DNA of 64,000 nt from an uncultured Pelagibacteraceae bacterium (GCA_902567685.1 CACFNH010000004.1:3563-67562), one strand, 5' to 3'. Shown: positions 19,460-30,423, counted from the stretch's first letter. Notes: generated by a model from the sequence alone, not told the origin. Program-made: numbers and translations.

Positions 19460-20416
19460 TTATTTAATGTATCCTAAAGCTTTTAACTGAGCAGTCATTT
19501 CTTTAAGCATACTTTCCATTTGTTTTCCCCACTCATCTGCCCCTACTACACTAGTTTGATCTAATCCAATTTCTGTTAAGAAATTCTTATAGTAGTTGTG
19601 ACTCATAGCTTTTAACATTCCTGCTTCTAATGTTTTAACCCTATCAGCTGGTGCACCTTTTTTAGTTACAAATCCACGAACTGTAGAAAGAGCAACGTCA
19701 ATACCTAGCTCTTTTGCAGTTGGAACATTGCTAAGTTTTTGCATTCTATTATTTGCTAAAACTACTGAAACGCAAAGTTTACCTTCGTTAATTTCTGTTA
19801 ATGCTTCCCCAAGATTAAGAACGCCAACATCAATATCTCCTTTAATTAAATTGGTTTTTATTGGAGCAACACCTTTGTAAGCAACTATTTTAGGAGTCTT
19901 TAATCCACCTTTTTTTGTAAAAGCAATTGCACTTACATCGTCAATACCACCTGTGTGAGTAGTACCGTAAGACAAAGCTTTTTTCTTTTGTGTAGATACA
20001 AACTTTTTCGCATCTTTAATATCTTCTTTGCAATTAACCACAAATAATTGAGGATCATCTGTTCCTCTAGCTAAAGGTTGCATGTCACTTAACTTAACTT
20101 TTGTCTTTCCTAAAGCCATTGAAACGGCATGACCAGTAGTCCAAGTTAAAGTGTGTTGACCATCTGCGGGTAAGCTCATCATGTAGTCCATAGAAGCGGC
20201 TCCACCACCACCTTTTTTATTAACTAATTGCATATCTTGTTTAAGAACTCTTCTTGCTCTAAGCAACATCATTCTAGTAGTAACGTCTGTACCACCACCA
20301 AAACCAGCATGTGTTATTGCTTGAATTGCTTGATCAGCTGATGCAATTGAGCTTAAAAATGGAACTTCCACTATTAAGAAAACAGCAGCCAGCAAAGCTT
20401 TGAAAGATTTTTTCAT
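19460..20416 (-). CDS. tctC: TTT substrate-binding protein (TctC/Bug family)
   Basis: Signal peptide, GGGTD, NKKGGGG, VPTAKELG motifs. Confidence 0.88.
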   Translation of the reverse strand: MKKSFKALLAAVFLIVEVPFLSSIASADQAIQAITHAGFGGGTDVTTRMMLLRARRVLKQDMQLVNKKGGGGAASMDYMMSLPADGQHTLTWTTGHAVSMALGKTKVKLSDMQPLARGTDDPQLFVVNCKEDIKDAKKFVSTQKKKALSYGTTHTGGIDDVSAIAFTKKGGLKTPKIVAYKGVAPIKTNLIKGDIDVGVLNLGEALTEINEGKLCVSVVLANNRMQKLSNVPTAKELGIDVALSTVRGFVTKKGAPADRVKTLEAGMLKAMSHNYYKNFLTEIGLDQTSVVGADEWGKQMESMLKEMTAQLKALGYIK

Positions 20417-20491
20417 ATTTTACACTCCGTTGATTGTTAATTAATATTAATAAATTAAACATAATCTGATACAAGAAGTCAAAACAAAATA

Positions 20492-21490
20492 ATGAAAAAA
20501 TATAAGCCAAATATCGCAGTATTAATTGGAGATCCCTCTGGAATAGGACCTGAATTGATCTCTAAACTTTTAGCAGAGGAAGAAACAAAACATGCAAACA
20601 TTCTTGTAATAGGAGAAAAAAACATACTTCTTGATGCAAATAAATTAACTGGTTGTTCGACTGAGTTAAAATTTGCTGACAATATCGATGATGTAAAATT
20701 TGATGACAAAACTAAATTTTTTCTGGATATATCAAAAGGAAAAAATAAAAAATATGAGGTATCAAAATGTTCTAAGGAATCTGGAAAAACAGTTTTAGAT
20801 GCACTTAATCTTGCACTAGATTTGGTTAAATCTAAAAAAATTGATGCTATTAATTTTGGACCTTTTAATAAAACAAGTATGCACCTTGCAGGAAGTAAAT
20901 ATGAAGATGAATTGCACTTAATGGCTGACAAGTTAAATGTAAATGAATTTTTCTGTGAATTCAATGTAGTTGATAATTTTTGGACAGCAAGAGTCACCTC
21001 TCATATCCCAATAAGAGAAGTTCCCTCGCATATAAAAAAAGAAAAAATTATAAAACCAATTAAGTTAATTAATAAATCAATGAAGCTTAATGGTGTTACA
21101 AAACCAAGAGTGGCAGTTCAAGCACTTAATCCTCATGGAGAGTTTGGAGATGAAGAAAAAAACGAAATCATACCAGCTATTAAGGAAGCAATTAATTTAG
21201 GGATTAATGCAAGTGGCCCCCTGCCTTGTGATACATCTTTTATTACAGCCTTTAAAAATAAAAATCATGACTGTATTGTTGGAATGTATCATGACGCCTT
21301 GCAATCTGGTTTAAAAGCTTTTGGATTTGATAGAGGAGTAACAGTTCAAGGAGGTTTGCCAGTTCCTATTACAACTCCTGCGCATGGTACTGCTTTTGAT
21401 ATAGCTGGTAAAAATATTGCTAATCTAGAACCAACCTTACAATCTTTTAGGATAGCTTTAAAAATGAGTAAAAATTTATTGAATGAGTAA
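20492..21490 (+). CDS. PdxA-family dehydrogenase, probably a catabolic PdxA2-like enzyme
   Basis: [34 protein letters not shown]. Confidence 0.85.
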   Translation: MKKYKPNIAVLIGDPSGIGPELISKLLAEEETKHANILVIGEKNILLDANKLTGCSTELKFADNIDDVKFDDKTKFFLDISKGKNKKYEVSKCSKESGKTVLDALNLALDLVKSKKIDAINFGPFNKTSMHLAGSKYEDELHLMADKLNVNEFFCEFNVVDNFWTARVTSHIPIREVPSHIKKEKIIKPIKLINKSMKLNGVTKPRVAVQALNPHGEFGDEEKNEIIPAIKEAINLGINASGPLPCDTSFITAFKNKNHDCIVGMYHDALQSGLKAFGFDRGVTVQGGLPVPITTPAHGTAFDIAGKNIANLEPTLQSFRIALKMSKNLLNE

Positions 21491-22658
21491 AATAAAAGAA
21501 ATCAAAACCACTGTCTTTAAGTGGGTTGGCCCTGTGGTACCTCCGGCTCAAAATTTTTGTACTAACCCAACTGATTTACTTAGAGAAAGTGAAGATAAAA
21601 TGAAATCGTTTAGATTTCATAAATGGTTAGTCTGTGAAGTAATAGATGAAGACGGAATCGTAGGTATTGGTAATGCAGCATTAGCACCTGAGGTAACTAA
21701 AAAAGCAATAGATTGCTATTTAAAAAATTTAATCATTAACGAAGATTGTTTTGATTATGAATATCTTTGGGAAAAAATGTACAGACATACTATGGCGTGG
21801 GGAAGAAAAGGAATTGGCATGACAGGTATATCAGCTATTGACCTAGGAATTTGGGATCTAATGGGAAAAATTAAAAAAAAACCTGTATTTGAATTAATTG
21901 GAAAAAGAACAAAAGAAAAAATACCCGTTTATGCTTCCAAGCTCTATAGTCAGCCAATAAAGAGTCTTCAAGATGAAGCATCTGGATATTTAAAAGAAGG
22001 ATTTAAAATGTTTAAAATGAGATTCGGCTGGGGACCCAAAGATGGAAATGAGGGAATAAAAAAGAATTTAAATCTTGTTAATGCAGTAAGAGAAGTTATT
22101 GGTTACGAAAATGATTTAATGCTTGAAGCTTATATGGGTTGGAATCTAGACTACTCAAAAAAAATCATTCCTGAATTAGAAAAATTTAAACCTAAATGGT
22201 TAGAGGAACCTGTTATTCCTGATGACATCAAAGGATACGTCGAACTTAATTCTTTAGGCTCTATTCCGATAGCTGGAGGCGAACATGAATTTACTTTCTA
22301 TGGTTTTAAACATCTTTTAGAGATGAAAGCAATAAGTTATATCCAGTATGACTCAAATCGAGTCGGAGGTATTACAGCAGCAATTAAAATAAATGATTTA
22401 GCAAAAAAATATAATGTTCCTGTTATTCCTCATGCAGGACAAATGCATAATTATCATTTAACAATGTCACATGACAATTGTCCTTTTTCAGAATATTTTC
22501 CAGTAAGTAAAGTAGAAATTGGAAATGAATTATTTTATTATTTATTTAAAGGTGAACCAAAACCTAAAAATGGATTTATCAATTTAGATGATAATGTTCC
22601 TGGATTAGGTATATCAATAAATGATAAGTATAAATCGAGCTTTGAAGTTGTTGAATAG
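21483..22658 (+). CDS. Mandelate racemase-subgroup acid-sugar dehydratase, L-lyxonate dehydratase-like
   Basis: [23 protein letters not shown]-terminus, KMR, WLEEP, GEHE, IPH. Confidence 0.8.
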   Translation: MSKIKEIKTTVFKWVGPVVPPAQNFCTNPTDLLRESEDKMKSFRFHKWLVCEVIDEDGIVGIGNAALAPEVTKKAIDCYLKNLIINEDCFDYEYLWEKMYRHTMAWGRKGIGMTGISAIDLGIWDLMGKIKKKPVFELIGKRTKEKIPVYASKLYSQPIKSLQDEASGYLKEGFKMFKMRFGWGPKDGNEGIKKNLNLVNAVREVIGYENDLMLEAYMGWNLDYSKKIIPELEKFKPKWLEEPVIPDDIKGYVELNSLGSIPIAGGEHEFTFYGFKHLLEMKAISYIQYDSNRVGGITAAIKINDLAKKYNVPVIPHAGQMHNYHLTMSHDNCPFSEYFPVSKVEIGNELFYYLFKGEPKPKNGFINLDDNVPGLGISINDKYKSSFEVVE

Positions 22659-22659
22659 T

Positions 22660-22734
22660 TGGCGGTCCCACGGGGAATCGAACCCCGATTAGATGATTGA
22701 AAACCATCTGTCCTAACCGTTAGACGATGGGACC
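22660..22734 (-). tRNA. tRNA-Glu(UUC)
   Basis: GGTCCCA acceptor stem, anticodon loop TTTTCAA, GGTTCGATTCC T-arm, encoded CCA. Confidence 0.95.
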
Positions 22735-24497
22735 ACTTTTTTGTTGTTCTTATTAACAGAAATATCATCGATAATAAACTCTACATTTTTTTCACCCTTC
22801 CACTCATTCAAACTTAATTTACCTGCAATGTTGAAGGTTTTTTTGTTTTTATTTAAAAGATAGGCTCCTATATCATTATCTACAGAATTAAACGCTATAG
22901 CTTTTATATTTGAACCGTCTGGTCCCAGAAGAATAGATTTAACATGTTTTTCCCCAACTATTTTTGAATTAATAGATCTTAGATTTTCAATAGCAAATTT
23001 AGGTTCTGGGTTCCCTGATCCAAAAGGAGCTAAAATATTAACTTTTGAGTAAAAATCTAGATTTAAAGCTGATGGAGAGACAAAACTATCTATATAAAAA
23101 TTTTTTTGTTTGTTTAAATCTAAATTTAATGTTCTAAATTTTTTAATCACATATTCCTTAAATTGATCAATCTTTTCAATTTCAATGCTAAATCCTCCAG
23201 CCATCTTATGTCCTCCTCCTTTTAATAGAATACCTTTTTGAACAGCACCTATAATAACTGAACCAATATCAAAACCTAAAATTGATCTAGCAGAGGCTTT
23301 ACCAATATTATTTTTTGTTGAAATGATAATTGTTGGTTTGTTATATTTTTCTTTAATTCGTGATGCTATAATACCTATTATACCTTCATGCCAACTTTCT
23401 CCCCATAATATCAAAACTGGATCAGACAAGTTTTTTATTTCTTTGCCTAAAATATTTTGAAGTAAATTGGTCTCTAATAATTGTCTTTCTTTGTTATAAG
23501 AGTCAAGTTCTGATGCTATTTTAAAACTTTGTTTAGAATCAGAGTTTAGCAATAGATTGGCTCCATGAGAACATTTTCCAACTCTCCCTCCAGCATTAAT
23601 TCTTGGACCAATTATATAACCCAAGTGATAAGTGGAAGGAGTATTTTCAATTTTACAAATTTCTAATAACGTCTTTATACCAAGGTTAATTTTATTTTTT
23701 ATAATTTTTAAACCCTGTTTTACTATAGCTCTATTTAATCCAATTAAAGGAACTACATCACAAACTGTTCCTAATGAAACTAAGTCTAAATAGCTAATTA
23801 GATTAGGTTCATCTATTTTATTATCTATGAACCAATTATTTTCTCTTAACTCCTTATTTAAAGCAATAAGAAACATAAAACATACTCCGGCAGCACATAA
23901 ATAATTTAAATGAGATTTGTCATCTAGACGATTTGGATTAATTATGGAGTAAGCTTTTGGCAGAATAGTTTCTGACTGATGGTGATCCAGAATTAAAACA
24001 TCTACATCTTGTTTTTGTGCAAAGTCAACTGATTCAAAAGCCATTGTTCCACAATCAACAGTAAAAATTAATCTTACATTTTTTTCTATAAGAGATTGAA
24101 AACCTTTTTTATTTGGACCATACCCTTCAGTTTTACGATCAGGTATATAAATCTCAAAATCTTGATTGATTTTTTTAAAATATTGACCAAGTAAAGCTGT
24201 AGATGTTGCGCCATCTACATCATAATCTCCAAAAATTCCTATTTTTTCTTTTTTTTGTATTGCTTTAACAGATCTTTTTACTGCTAAATCCATATCTTTT
24301 AAAAGCAAAGGGTTTGGTAAGATATTCTTTATAGAAGGATTTAAATAATTCTCTACTTCATCTTTCTTAATTTTTCTTATTGCTAACAATCTAGATGTAA
24401 TATCATCTAAATAATAATTATCTTTTAAATATGTAATATCCTCTTCATTGAATTTTTTTAAAATCCAATTTTTGCCAGTTACAGAATCTAAATTCAT
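22713..24497 (-). CDS. recJ: Single-stranded-DNA-specific exonuclease RecJ
   Basis: GDYDVDG, DHH, GPRINAGGR, GGGHKMAGG, PFGSGNP. Confidence 0.95.
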   Translation of the reverse strand: MNLDSVTGKNWILKKFNEEDITYLKDNYYLDDITSRLLAIRKIKKDEVENYLNPSIKNILPNPLLLKDMDLAVKRSVKAIQKKEKIGIFGDYDVDGATSTALLGQYFKKINQDFEIYIPDRKTEGYGPNKKGFQSLIEKNVRLIFTVDCGTMAFESVDFAQKQDVDVLILDHHQSETILPKAYSIINPNRLDDKSHLNYLCAAGVCFMFLIALNKELRENNWFIDNKIDEPNLISYLDLVSLGTVCDVVPLIGLNRAIVKQGLKIIKNKINLGIKTLLEICKIENTPSTYHLGYIIGPRINAGGRVGKCSHGANLLLNSDSKQSFKIASELDSYNKERQLLETNLLQNILGKEIKNLSDPVLILWGESWHEGIIGIIASRIKEKYNKPTIIISTKNNIGKASARSILGFDIGSVIIGAVQKGILLKGGGHKMAGGFSIEIEKIDQFKEYVIKKFRTLNLDLNKQKNFYIDSFVSPSALNLDFYSKVNILAPFGSGNPEPKFAIENLRSINSKIVGEKHVKSILLGPDGSNIKAIAFNSVDNDIGAYLLNKNKKTFNIAGKLSLNEWKGEKNVEFIIDDISVNKNNKKVVPSSNG

Positions 24498-25435
24498 TTT
24501 TTATGATTATTGGTAACTTTTTTATTTACTTTAAAATCTTTGTGTAACGCAAATGTTGATGCTTCAAAACTATCTCCCTGATCAACTATTCCTTTAACTA
24601 AATCACCATTAGTAATTGCAGTAGCACAAAAAATAACATCCCCTTTGATCATTTCATCAATATTAAATTTCTTTGCTAAATCTTTAACACCTAGTTTTTT
24701 AGCTCTTTCACTTTGTTTATTATCTAAAACTAGTCTTGTTTGCATTTGACCTCCCAAACAACTTAAAGCAGCAGCTGCTAAAACGCCTTCGGGTCCTCCA
24801 CCTGTTCCAATATAAATATCATTTTTAGAGTTTTTATCTATTACAGATATTGCTCCACTTACATCTCCATCTGTAATAAAGTTAATATTAACTCTCAAAT
24901 TTTTTAAACTATTAACAATATTACTATGTCTTGGTCTATCCAAAACACATGCTGTTAATTTTTCAGGAGTTGTATTTTTTGCTTCTGCTAAAAGAGATAT
25001 ATTTTTTTCAACTGTATTATCAAGATCTAACAAATTATTAGGAAGATTGGAACCAATTGCAATCTTTTCCATGTATGTGTCGGGTGCAGATAAAAGATGT
25101 CCCTTTTCAGCAACAGCTAAAACAGAAAATGCATTTGGAAGATTCTTGGCAACAAAGTTTGTGCCTTCTAAAGGATCAAGTGCTATATCTAGTTCTTGAC
25201 CCTTATTCAAACCAACTTTTTCTCCGATGTATAACATTGGTGCTTCATCCATTTCGCCCTCACCAATTACTACAGTTCCCTTCATTTCAATTTTATTTAA
25301 TTCATTTCGCATAAGATCTACCGCACCTTGATCAGCTGCATTTTTATCGCCTTTACCTAAAAATAAATACGCTCCATAGGCTGCTTTTTCTGTTGTTCTG
25401 ATAAATTGATCTAAATATTTTTTATCAAGACTCAT
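24494..25435 (-). CDS. glpX: Fructose-1,6-bisphosphatase class II
   Basis: IGEGEMDEAPMLYIGE, DPLEGT, DGDV. Confidence 0.95.
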   Translation of the reverse strand: MSLDKKYLDQFIRTTEKAAYGAYLFLGKGDKNAADQGAVDLMRNELNKIEMKGTVVIGEGEMDEAPMLYIGEKVGLNKGQELDIALDPLEGTNFVAKNLPNAFSVLAVAEKGHLLSAPDTYMEKIAIGSNLPNNLLDLDNTVEKNISLLAEAKNTTPEKLTACVLDRPRHSNIVNSLKNLRVNINFITDGDVSGAISVIDKNSKNDIYIGTGGGPEGVLAAAALSCLGGQMQTRLVLDNKQSERAKKLGVKDLAKKFNIDEMIKGDVIFCATAITNGDLVKGIVDQGDSFEASTFALHKDFKVNKKVTNNHKK

Positions 25436-26734
25436 TTATATGTTTTCAATTCTAATAAATTTAGGTTTTTGTATTAAATACTTTTTTTTGGATAAATGAA
25501 AAACTGTTTTATTCAATAAAGAATCCTTTGCTTGATGAGTGACAATGACTATAGAAGAGTATTTTTTAGACTTATATGGGTTCTGTATCAATCTTTTGAT
25601 AGAAAGTTTATTTTTAGACATTGTTTTTGTTATATCAGATAAAACACCACGTTTATCTTTTACATCTACTCTTAGATATGCAGAAAATTTTTTGTTACTA
25701 ATGCTTTCAAAATATATTTTTTTCCTTTTTTTATCGGGTATCATAAATGGAAGTTTCTTCTCGCCTTTTAATATGGATAGAATATCAGAAACAAGAGCTG
25801 AAGTTGTTGCCTGAGGGCCAGCTCCTTCGCCCTGAATAACAGTTTCTCCTACAGGCTTTCCTTCTATTATTACAGCATTTAAAACTCCATTAATGTTTGC
25901 AATATAAGATGATTTTTTGACTAAACATGGGTTTACTCGTTGAGTAACTTTGTTTTTTTTTATTTCAGAAACTGCAAGCAATTTAATTTTGTAACCTAGT
26001 AAATTTGCATTTTTTATATCTACGCGATCAACTTTATTTATACCTTCTACGCTGATATCTTTATTGTTTATGTAAGAATTAAAGGACAAGGCTGTAAGTA
26101 TTTTCAGTTTTGAAGCAACATCTTCACCGTTTAAATCAGAAGATGGATTGCTTTCTGCATATCCTAAAGATTTAGCTCTATTTAATGCATCTTTAAATTC
26201 AAGATTGTTTTTATCCATAGAAGTCAAAATAAAATTAGAAGTACCATTAAATACTCCATAAATTTTACTAATCGAATTTGCGATCAATCCCTCTTTCAAA
26301 GATTTAATAATTGGAACGCCCCCACAAACAGCAGCTTCAAATTCTAAATTGACATTATTTTTTTCTGCAATTTTTGCTAACTTATCTCCATATTTAGCAA
26401 TCAATGCTTTATTTGCCGTAACAACATTTTTTTTATTTTTTAAAGCAGCAAATACTAGTTTTTTTGCAGGACCTTCTGCTCCTCCAATTAATTCAACAAT
26501 TATATCTATTTTTTTATCTCTAGTAGCATCTATATAGTTTTTTAACCATTTTCTTTTAGGAATAGAAAGTTTTCTCTTTTTTGACTTGTTTTTAGCAGAA
26601 ACATATAAAACATCAGATAAAGTATTACTTTTTTTAGAAAGATAATTTTTGTTTTTTATAAGGTATTTATAAAGATAAGAGCCTATATTACCAAGGCCCA
26701 CAATTGCAATATTAGTTTTATTTTTTTTAATCAT
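25436..26734 (-). CDS. hom: Homoserine dehydrogenase
   Basis: GLGNIG, VTANKA, EAAVCGGVP, GYAE, C-terminal ACT domain. Confidence 0.95.
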   Translation of the reverse strand: MIKKNKTNIAIVGLGNIGSYLYKYLIKNKNYLSKKSNTLSDVLYVSAKNKSKKRKLSIPKRKWLKNYIDATRDKKIDIIVELIGGAEGPAKKLVFAALKNKKNVVTANKALIAKYGDKLAKIAEKNNVNLEFEAAVCGGVPIIKSLKEGLIANSISKIYGVFNGTSNFILTSMDKNNLEFKDALNRAKSLGYAESNPSSDLNGEDVASKLKILTALSFNSYINNKDISVEGINKVDRVDIKNANLLGYKIKLLAVSEIKKNKVTQRVNPCLVKKSSYIANINGVLNAVIIEGKPVGETVIQGEGAGPQATTSALVSDILSILKGEKKLPFMIPDKKRKKIYFESISNKKFSAYLRVDVKDKRGVLSDITKTMSKNKLSIKRLIQNPYKSKKYSSIVIVTHQAKDSLLNKTVFHLSKKKYLIQKPKFIRIENI

Positions 26735-26740
26735 GAAAAT

Positions 26741-27313
26741 TTAATATTTTGCTATATTTGGATAGTCTTTTTCTTTTCCAATTTTTATTAAAAATTTTGA
26801 AATTTCATCAATATCACAATTTTCTGGGATAAGACAAAATTTATTTTCTTTTTTTGTTTTTTTAGCACTTTCTTTAATTTTCTTGTCTTTCTTCAACTGC
26901 TTTTTTGATATAATTTTTTTTTGAGATAGTTTCTTTTCTTTATTTTTTTTTAACTTATAAGCTTTTTTTTCTTGCTTAAGTCTCTTTCTTTCTTCCATTA
27001 CTTGGATTTTGGCTAATTTCTTTTGTTTTTTTATCTCCTCTTTTTTTTTTAGCTCTAATAAATTTTTATTATTTACAGTTTTGAATTTTATTTTTTTATT
27101 TTTTTTTGTAGAATCTGTATTTAATTTTAGTAAATCCAGGCTTTTTTCTTTTTTTTTATCAGAAATTTTAACCTCCAAATAAAGGTATTTTTCAAAATAT
27201 TCATTTGCTTCTTTTTTATCAACACATTCTCTTTCCCCACACATATATGTATTTTTGTCAAGTGATGTGCAGCTGGTTAATACCAGAAAAAAAATTAATA
27301 AAATAACTCTCAT
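26741..27313 (-). CDS. Hypothetical lysine-rich lipoprotein
   Basis: Lipobox LTSC; paired Cys near both ends; operonic spacing. Confidence 0.7.
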   Translation of the reverse strand: MRVILLIFFLVLTSCTSLDKNTYMCGERECVDKKEANEYFEKYLYLEVKISDKKKEKSLDLLKLNTDSTKKNKKIKFKTVNNKNLLELKKKEEIKKQKKLAKIQVMEERKRLKQEKKAYKLKKNKEKKLSQKKIISKKQLKKDKKIKESAKKTKKENKFCLIPENCDIDEISKFLIKIGKEKDYPNIAKY

Positions 27314-28344
27314 AATATTAAACCCAAAGACTCTTTAAATCCGTATGCAAGATTCATATTTTGTATAGCTTGACCTGAAGCCCCTTTTAACAAATTATCA
27401 ATAGCTGAAAAAATAACAATTTTTTTTTTGTTTCTAGTCTCACAAATTGAGATTTCACAATAATTGGTATTCATAACATTTCCTGTGCCTATAGACTTAT
27501 TTATTTTTAAAATTTTGACAAATTTATTTTTTCTATGAAATTTTTCTAATTCTTTATGAATAATTTTTATATTCGTTTTGTCTTTAATCTCTAAATAAAT
27601 TGATGATAAAAGTCCTCTAAACATTGGAATTAAATGTGGATTAAAAGCATAACTAATATTGTTTGCTTTAACTTTTTCAAATTCCTGATCAAGTTCTGAC
27701 ATATGTCTATGTTTCTTTATTGAGTAAGCATAAACAGAGTCATCTATATTTTTGTGAGTAAATTTTTTTTTAAAATTTTTACCTGCTCCAGAATATCCAG
27801 ATTTTGAGTCTATTGATATGTTTTTTAACTTTATCAATCTTTTTTTAATTAAAGGAATTAATGGTAATTGGATCGATGTAGGATAACATCCGGGGTTAGC
27901 AATAATTCTATATTTTTTTATATCATTTTTTACAAATTCAGATATTGAGTACAAAGATTGAGATATAAGATTTTTTGCATAGTGTTCTTTTTTGTACCAT
28001 TGTTTGTATTTTTTTGGACTTTTTATTCTAAAATCTGCAGACAAATCTATAAATTTGATATTTTTGTATTTTATCTTTTTTTTGATAATCTTTTGAGCCT
28101 CCCCATTAGGGAGTGACAAAAATACTAAATCTAAATTATTCCAAGAAATATTATTAACTTTGGATATCTTTGGAAGCCTTTTTTTAATTCTTGTGTCAAA
28201 AATATTTATAGATTTAGAGATATTTCTTTTAGCACATAAGTACTTTATGTTTGCCATGGGATGTTTTGAAAGCAAATAAACTAAATCCAAGCCAACATAG
28301 CCAGTTGCTCCGATTACAGCAATATTAATTTTTTTTCTCTTCAT
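27310..28344 (-). CDS. argC: N-acetyl-gamma-glutamyl-phosphate reductase
   Basis: GATGYVG, DLSADFR, ANPGCYPT, DNLLKGASGQA. Confidence 0.95.
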   Translation of the reverse strand: MKRKKINIAVIGATGYVGLDLVYLLSKHPMANIKYLCAKRNISKSINIFDTRIKKRLPKISKVNNISWNNLDLVFLSLPNGEAQKIIKKKIKYKNIKFIDLSADFRIKSPKKYKQWYKKEHYAKNLISQSLYSISEFVKNDIKKYRIIANPGCYPTSIQLPLIPLIKKRLIKLKNISIDSKSGYSGAGKNFKKKFTHKNIDDSVYAYSIKKHRHMSELDQEFEKVKANNISYAFNPHLIPMFRGLLSSIYLEIKDKTNIKIIHKELEKFHRKNKFVKILKINKSIGTGNVMNTNYCEISICETRNKKKIVIFSAIDNLLKGASGQAIQNMNLAYGFKESLGLIL

Positions 28345-28388
28345 AAATTCTTATATCATTGAAGATGTAATTAATAAATTTAAATGAT

Positions 28389-28838
28389 TTATCGTTTTGA
28401 AAATTGGAAACTTCTTCTTGCTTTTCGATGACCGTATTTTTTTCGTTCTACTACTCTAGAATTTCTTGTTATTAGTTTTTCTTTCTTTAACCCCTTTTTC
28501 AGCCCTTCCTCATGAATTACAAGTGCTCTTGATAAACCATGAATAATAGCTCCTGCTTGACCAGAGAGACCTCCTCCTTTAACGGAACATTTTACATCAT
28601 AAGAGTTAAGAACTTTTGATACTTCTAGTGGACGAGTTACAATAATTTGATGAACTGGTCTTTTAAAATAATCTGACATTTTAATTCCGTTTACAAAAAT
28701 ATTTCCTGAACCTTTTTTAACCCAAACTTTAGCAATAGATCTTTTTCTTTTACCTGTTGCATATTTACTATCTTTAAAATCTAACTTTATTTTTGCCTTA
28801 TTGCTAATTTTTTTATCTTCAATATTTAAATCATTCAT
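28389..28838 (-). CDS. rpsI: 30S ribosomal protein S9
   Basis: ATGKRK, GGGLSGQAGA, KARRSFQFSKR. Confidence 0.97.
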   Translation of the reverse strand: MNDLNIEDKKISNKAKIKLDFKDSKYATGKRKRSIAKVWVKKGSGNIFVNGIKMSDYFKRPVHQIIVTRPLEVSKVLNSYDVKCSVKGGGLSGQAGAIIHGLSRALVIHEEGLKKGLKKEKLITRNSRVVERKKYGHRKARRSFQFSKR

Positions 28839-28844
28839 TCTTAT

Positions 28845-29306
28845 TTATTCTTTGATCGTATTTTTTTTATTAAAATCTTTAAATTTTAACTCAACAGGTT
28901 TTTGCATTTCGTGTGGATGCTTTTCTCCGATATACATTTTTAATTTAGTCAGTTGTTTTTTTGCCAAAGGACCTCCTGGCAACATTCTTTTGACAGCTAA
29001 TCTCAAAATATCCTGAGTTTTATTTTTTTCTATGAGTTTAATTGGTTTAGTTTCTTTTATTCCTCCTGGGTGACCAGTATGTCTGTAATAAATTTTATCT
29101 GTAAATTTTTTTCCAGTAAACTTTATTTTTTCTATATTAGTAACAACAACAAAATCACCGTTATCTAGATGAGAATTAAATTTTGCTTTATTTTTTCCTC
29201 TTAAAACTTTTGATATATAAGCCGCAAGTCTACCTACTACTGCGTTTTCAGCATTAATTAGAAACCATTCGTTTTTAATATCTTTCTTTTTTATAAAAGG
29301 TGTCAT
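28845..29306 (-). CDS. rplM: 50S ribosomal protein L13
   Basis: VGRLA, HTGHPGG, AVKRMLP. Confidence 0.97.
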   Translation of the reverse strand: MTPFIKKKDIKNEWFLINAENAVVGRLAAYISKVLRGKNKAKFNSHLDNGDFVVVTNIEKIKFTGKKFTDKIYYRHTGHPGGIKETKPIKLIEKNKTQDILRLAVKRMLPGGPLAKKQLTKLKMYIGEKHPHEMQKPVELKFKDFNKKNTIKE

Positions 29307-29350
29307 CTTAAAATATGGCGATAAATAATCACAAAAGTTATTAATGTCAA

Positions 29351-30379
29351 TTAATTAATCGACTTATAATAAAAATTTATAGAAACAATGATTAAGAGAA
29401 TGCTAGATATTTGATGCATTGAAGCAATTATTATATTAACATCAGTTAATAGAGTTAAAATACCCAAAATAATTTGTATTAAAATAAAAAATAACAAATA
29501 ATTGTATGATTTAAATAAGACTACTTTATTTAACTTTCTAATTAAATAGCCAACATAAATAATCAATAAAAAAATAATATAAGCTAAATTTCTGTGAACA
29601 AATTGCACAACACTTCTGTCATTAAAATTTAAAAATTCATTATAATTTCTGAAATTTACATCGTTAGGAAAATATGAGTCATTCATAAAAGGCCATGTTT
29701 GATATATTTTTCCAGCATCTAGACCAGATACAAATGCTCCAATTATAATTTGGATAAAAATTAAAAAAATTAGAACTTTGATTGATATTGTATCTGAGTT
29801 GTTAAAAAAAAATTTTTTATCCATTTTATTTTTTAAATTTAAAAAAATCCAAATTAAAGACACTAATATAATAAATGCAATAAAAAGATGGGCTGAAAGT
29901 CTATAATGACTAACATCAACTTTGTCGACTAATCCACTAGTTACCATGTACCAGCCCATAAAACCCTGAAAACATATTAAAAAGAAAATAAAATATAAGT
30001 TTAATAATTTTTTAATCTCAATTTTAAAAGATAAATAAACCAAAGGTATTAATACAGCTAATCCAATTATTCTTCCTAAAAATCTGTGAATCCACTCCCA
30101 CCAAAAAATAATTTTAAATTCACTTAAACTCATATTAAAGTTTTGTAACTTGTACTCAGGAATTTCTTTATATAAGTTAAAATAATTTAACCAATCCTGT
30201 TGATTAAGTGGTGGCAAAAATCCAGAAAAAAGTTGCCATTTGGTTATAGATAGACCTGAGTCAGTAAGTCTTGTAAGGCCGCCTACTATAATCATTAAAG
30301 CAATCAATAAAATTAAAGAAAATAACCAAGACGTGATAAAATTAATATATTTTTTATTCATCAATGAAATCATAAACAA
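29351..30379 (-). CDS. ctaA: Heme A synthase (COX15/CtaA); start may be ATG 30361
   Basis: GGLTRLTDSGLSI, EWIHRFLGR, SGLDAG, QFVHR. Confidence 0.92.
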   Translation of the reverse strand: MFMISLMNKKYINFITSWLFSLILLIALMIIVGGLTRLTDSGLSITKWQLFSGFLPPLNQQDWLNYFNLYKEIPEYKLQNFNMSLSEFKIIFWWEWIHRFLGRIIGLAVLIPLVYLSFKIEIKKLLNLYFIFFLICFQGFMGWYMVTSGLVDKVDVSHYRLSAHLFIAFIILVSLIWIFLNLKNKMDKKFFFNNSDTISIKVLIFLIFIQIIIGAFVSGLDAGKIYQTWPFMNDSYFPNDVNFRNYNEFLNFNDRSVVQFVHRNLAYIIFLLIIYVGYLIRKLNKVVLFKSYNYLLFFILIQIILGILTLLTDVNIIIASMHQISSILLIIVSINFYYKSIN

Positions 30380-30423
30380 AGTATATAATTAAATATAAAA
30401 ATGAATATAATAATAATGTCGCT

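Noticed and set aside
20479-20997. 172-aa minus-strand ORF
   Set aside because: Antisense shadow of the pdxA-like gene with no motifs
14400-22734. att-type duplication of the tRNA-Glu 3' end bounding the sugar-acid island
   Set aside because: No repeat of the tRNA 3' sequence seen by eye at the left boundary; no integrase inside the island
22538-22768. 76-aa ORF spanning tRNA-Glu
   Set aside because: Reads through a tRNA and is antisense to the dehydratase; spurious
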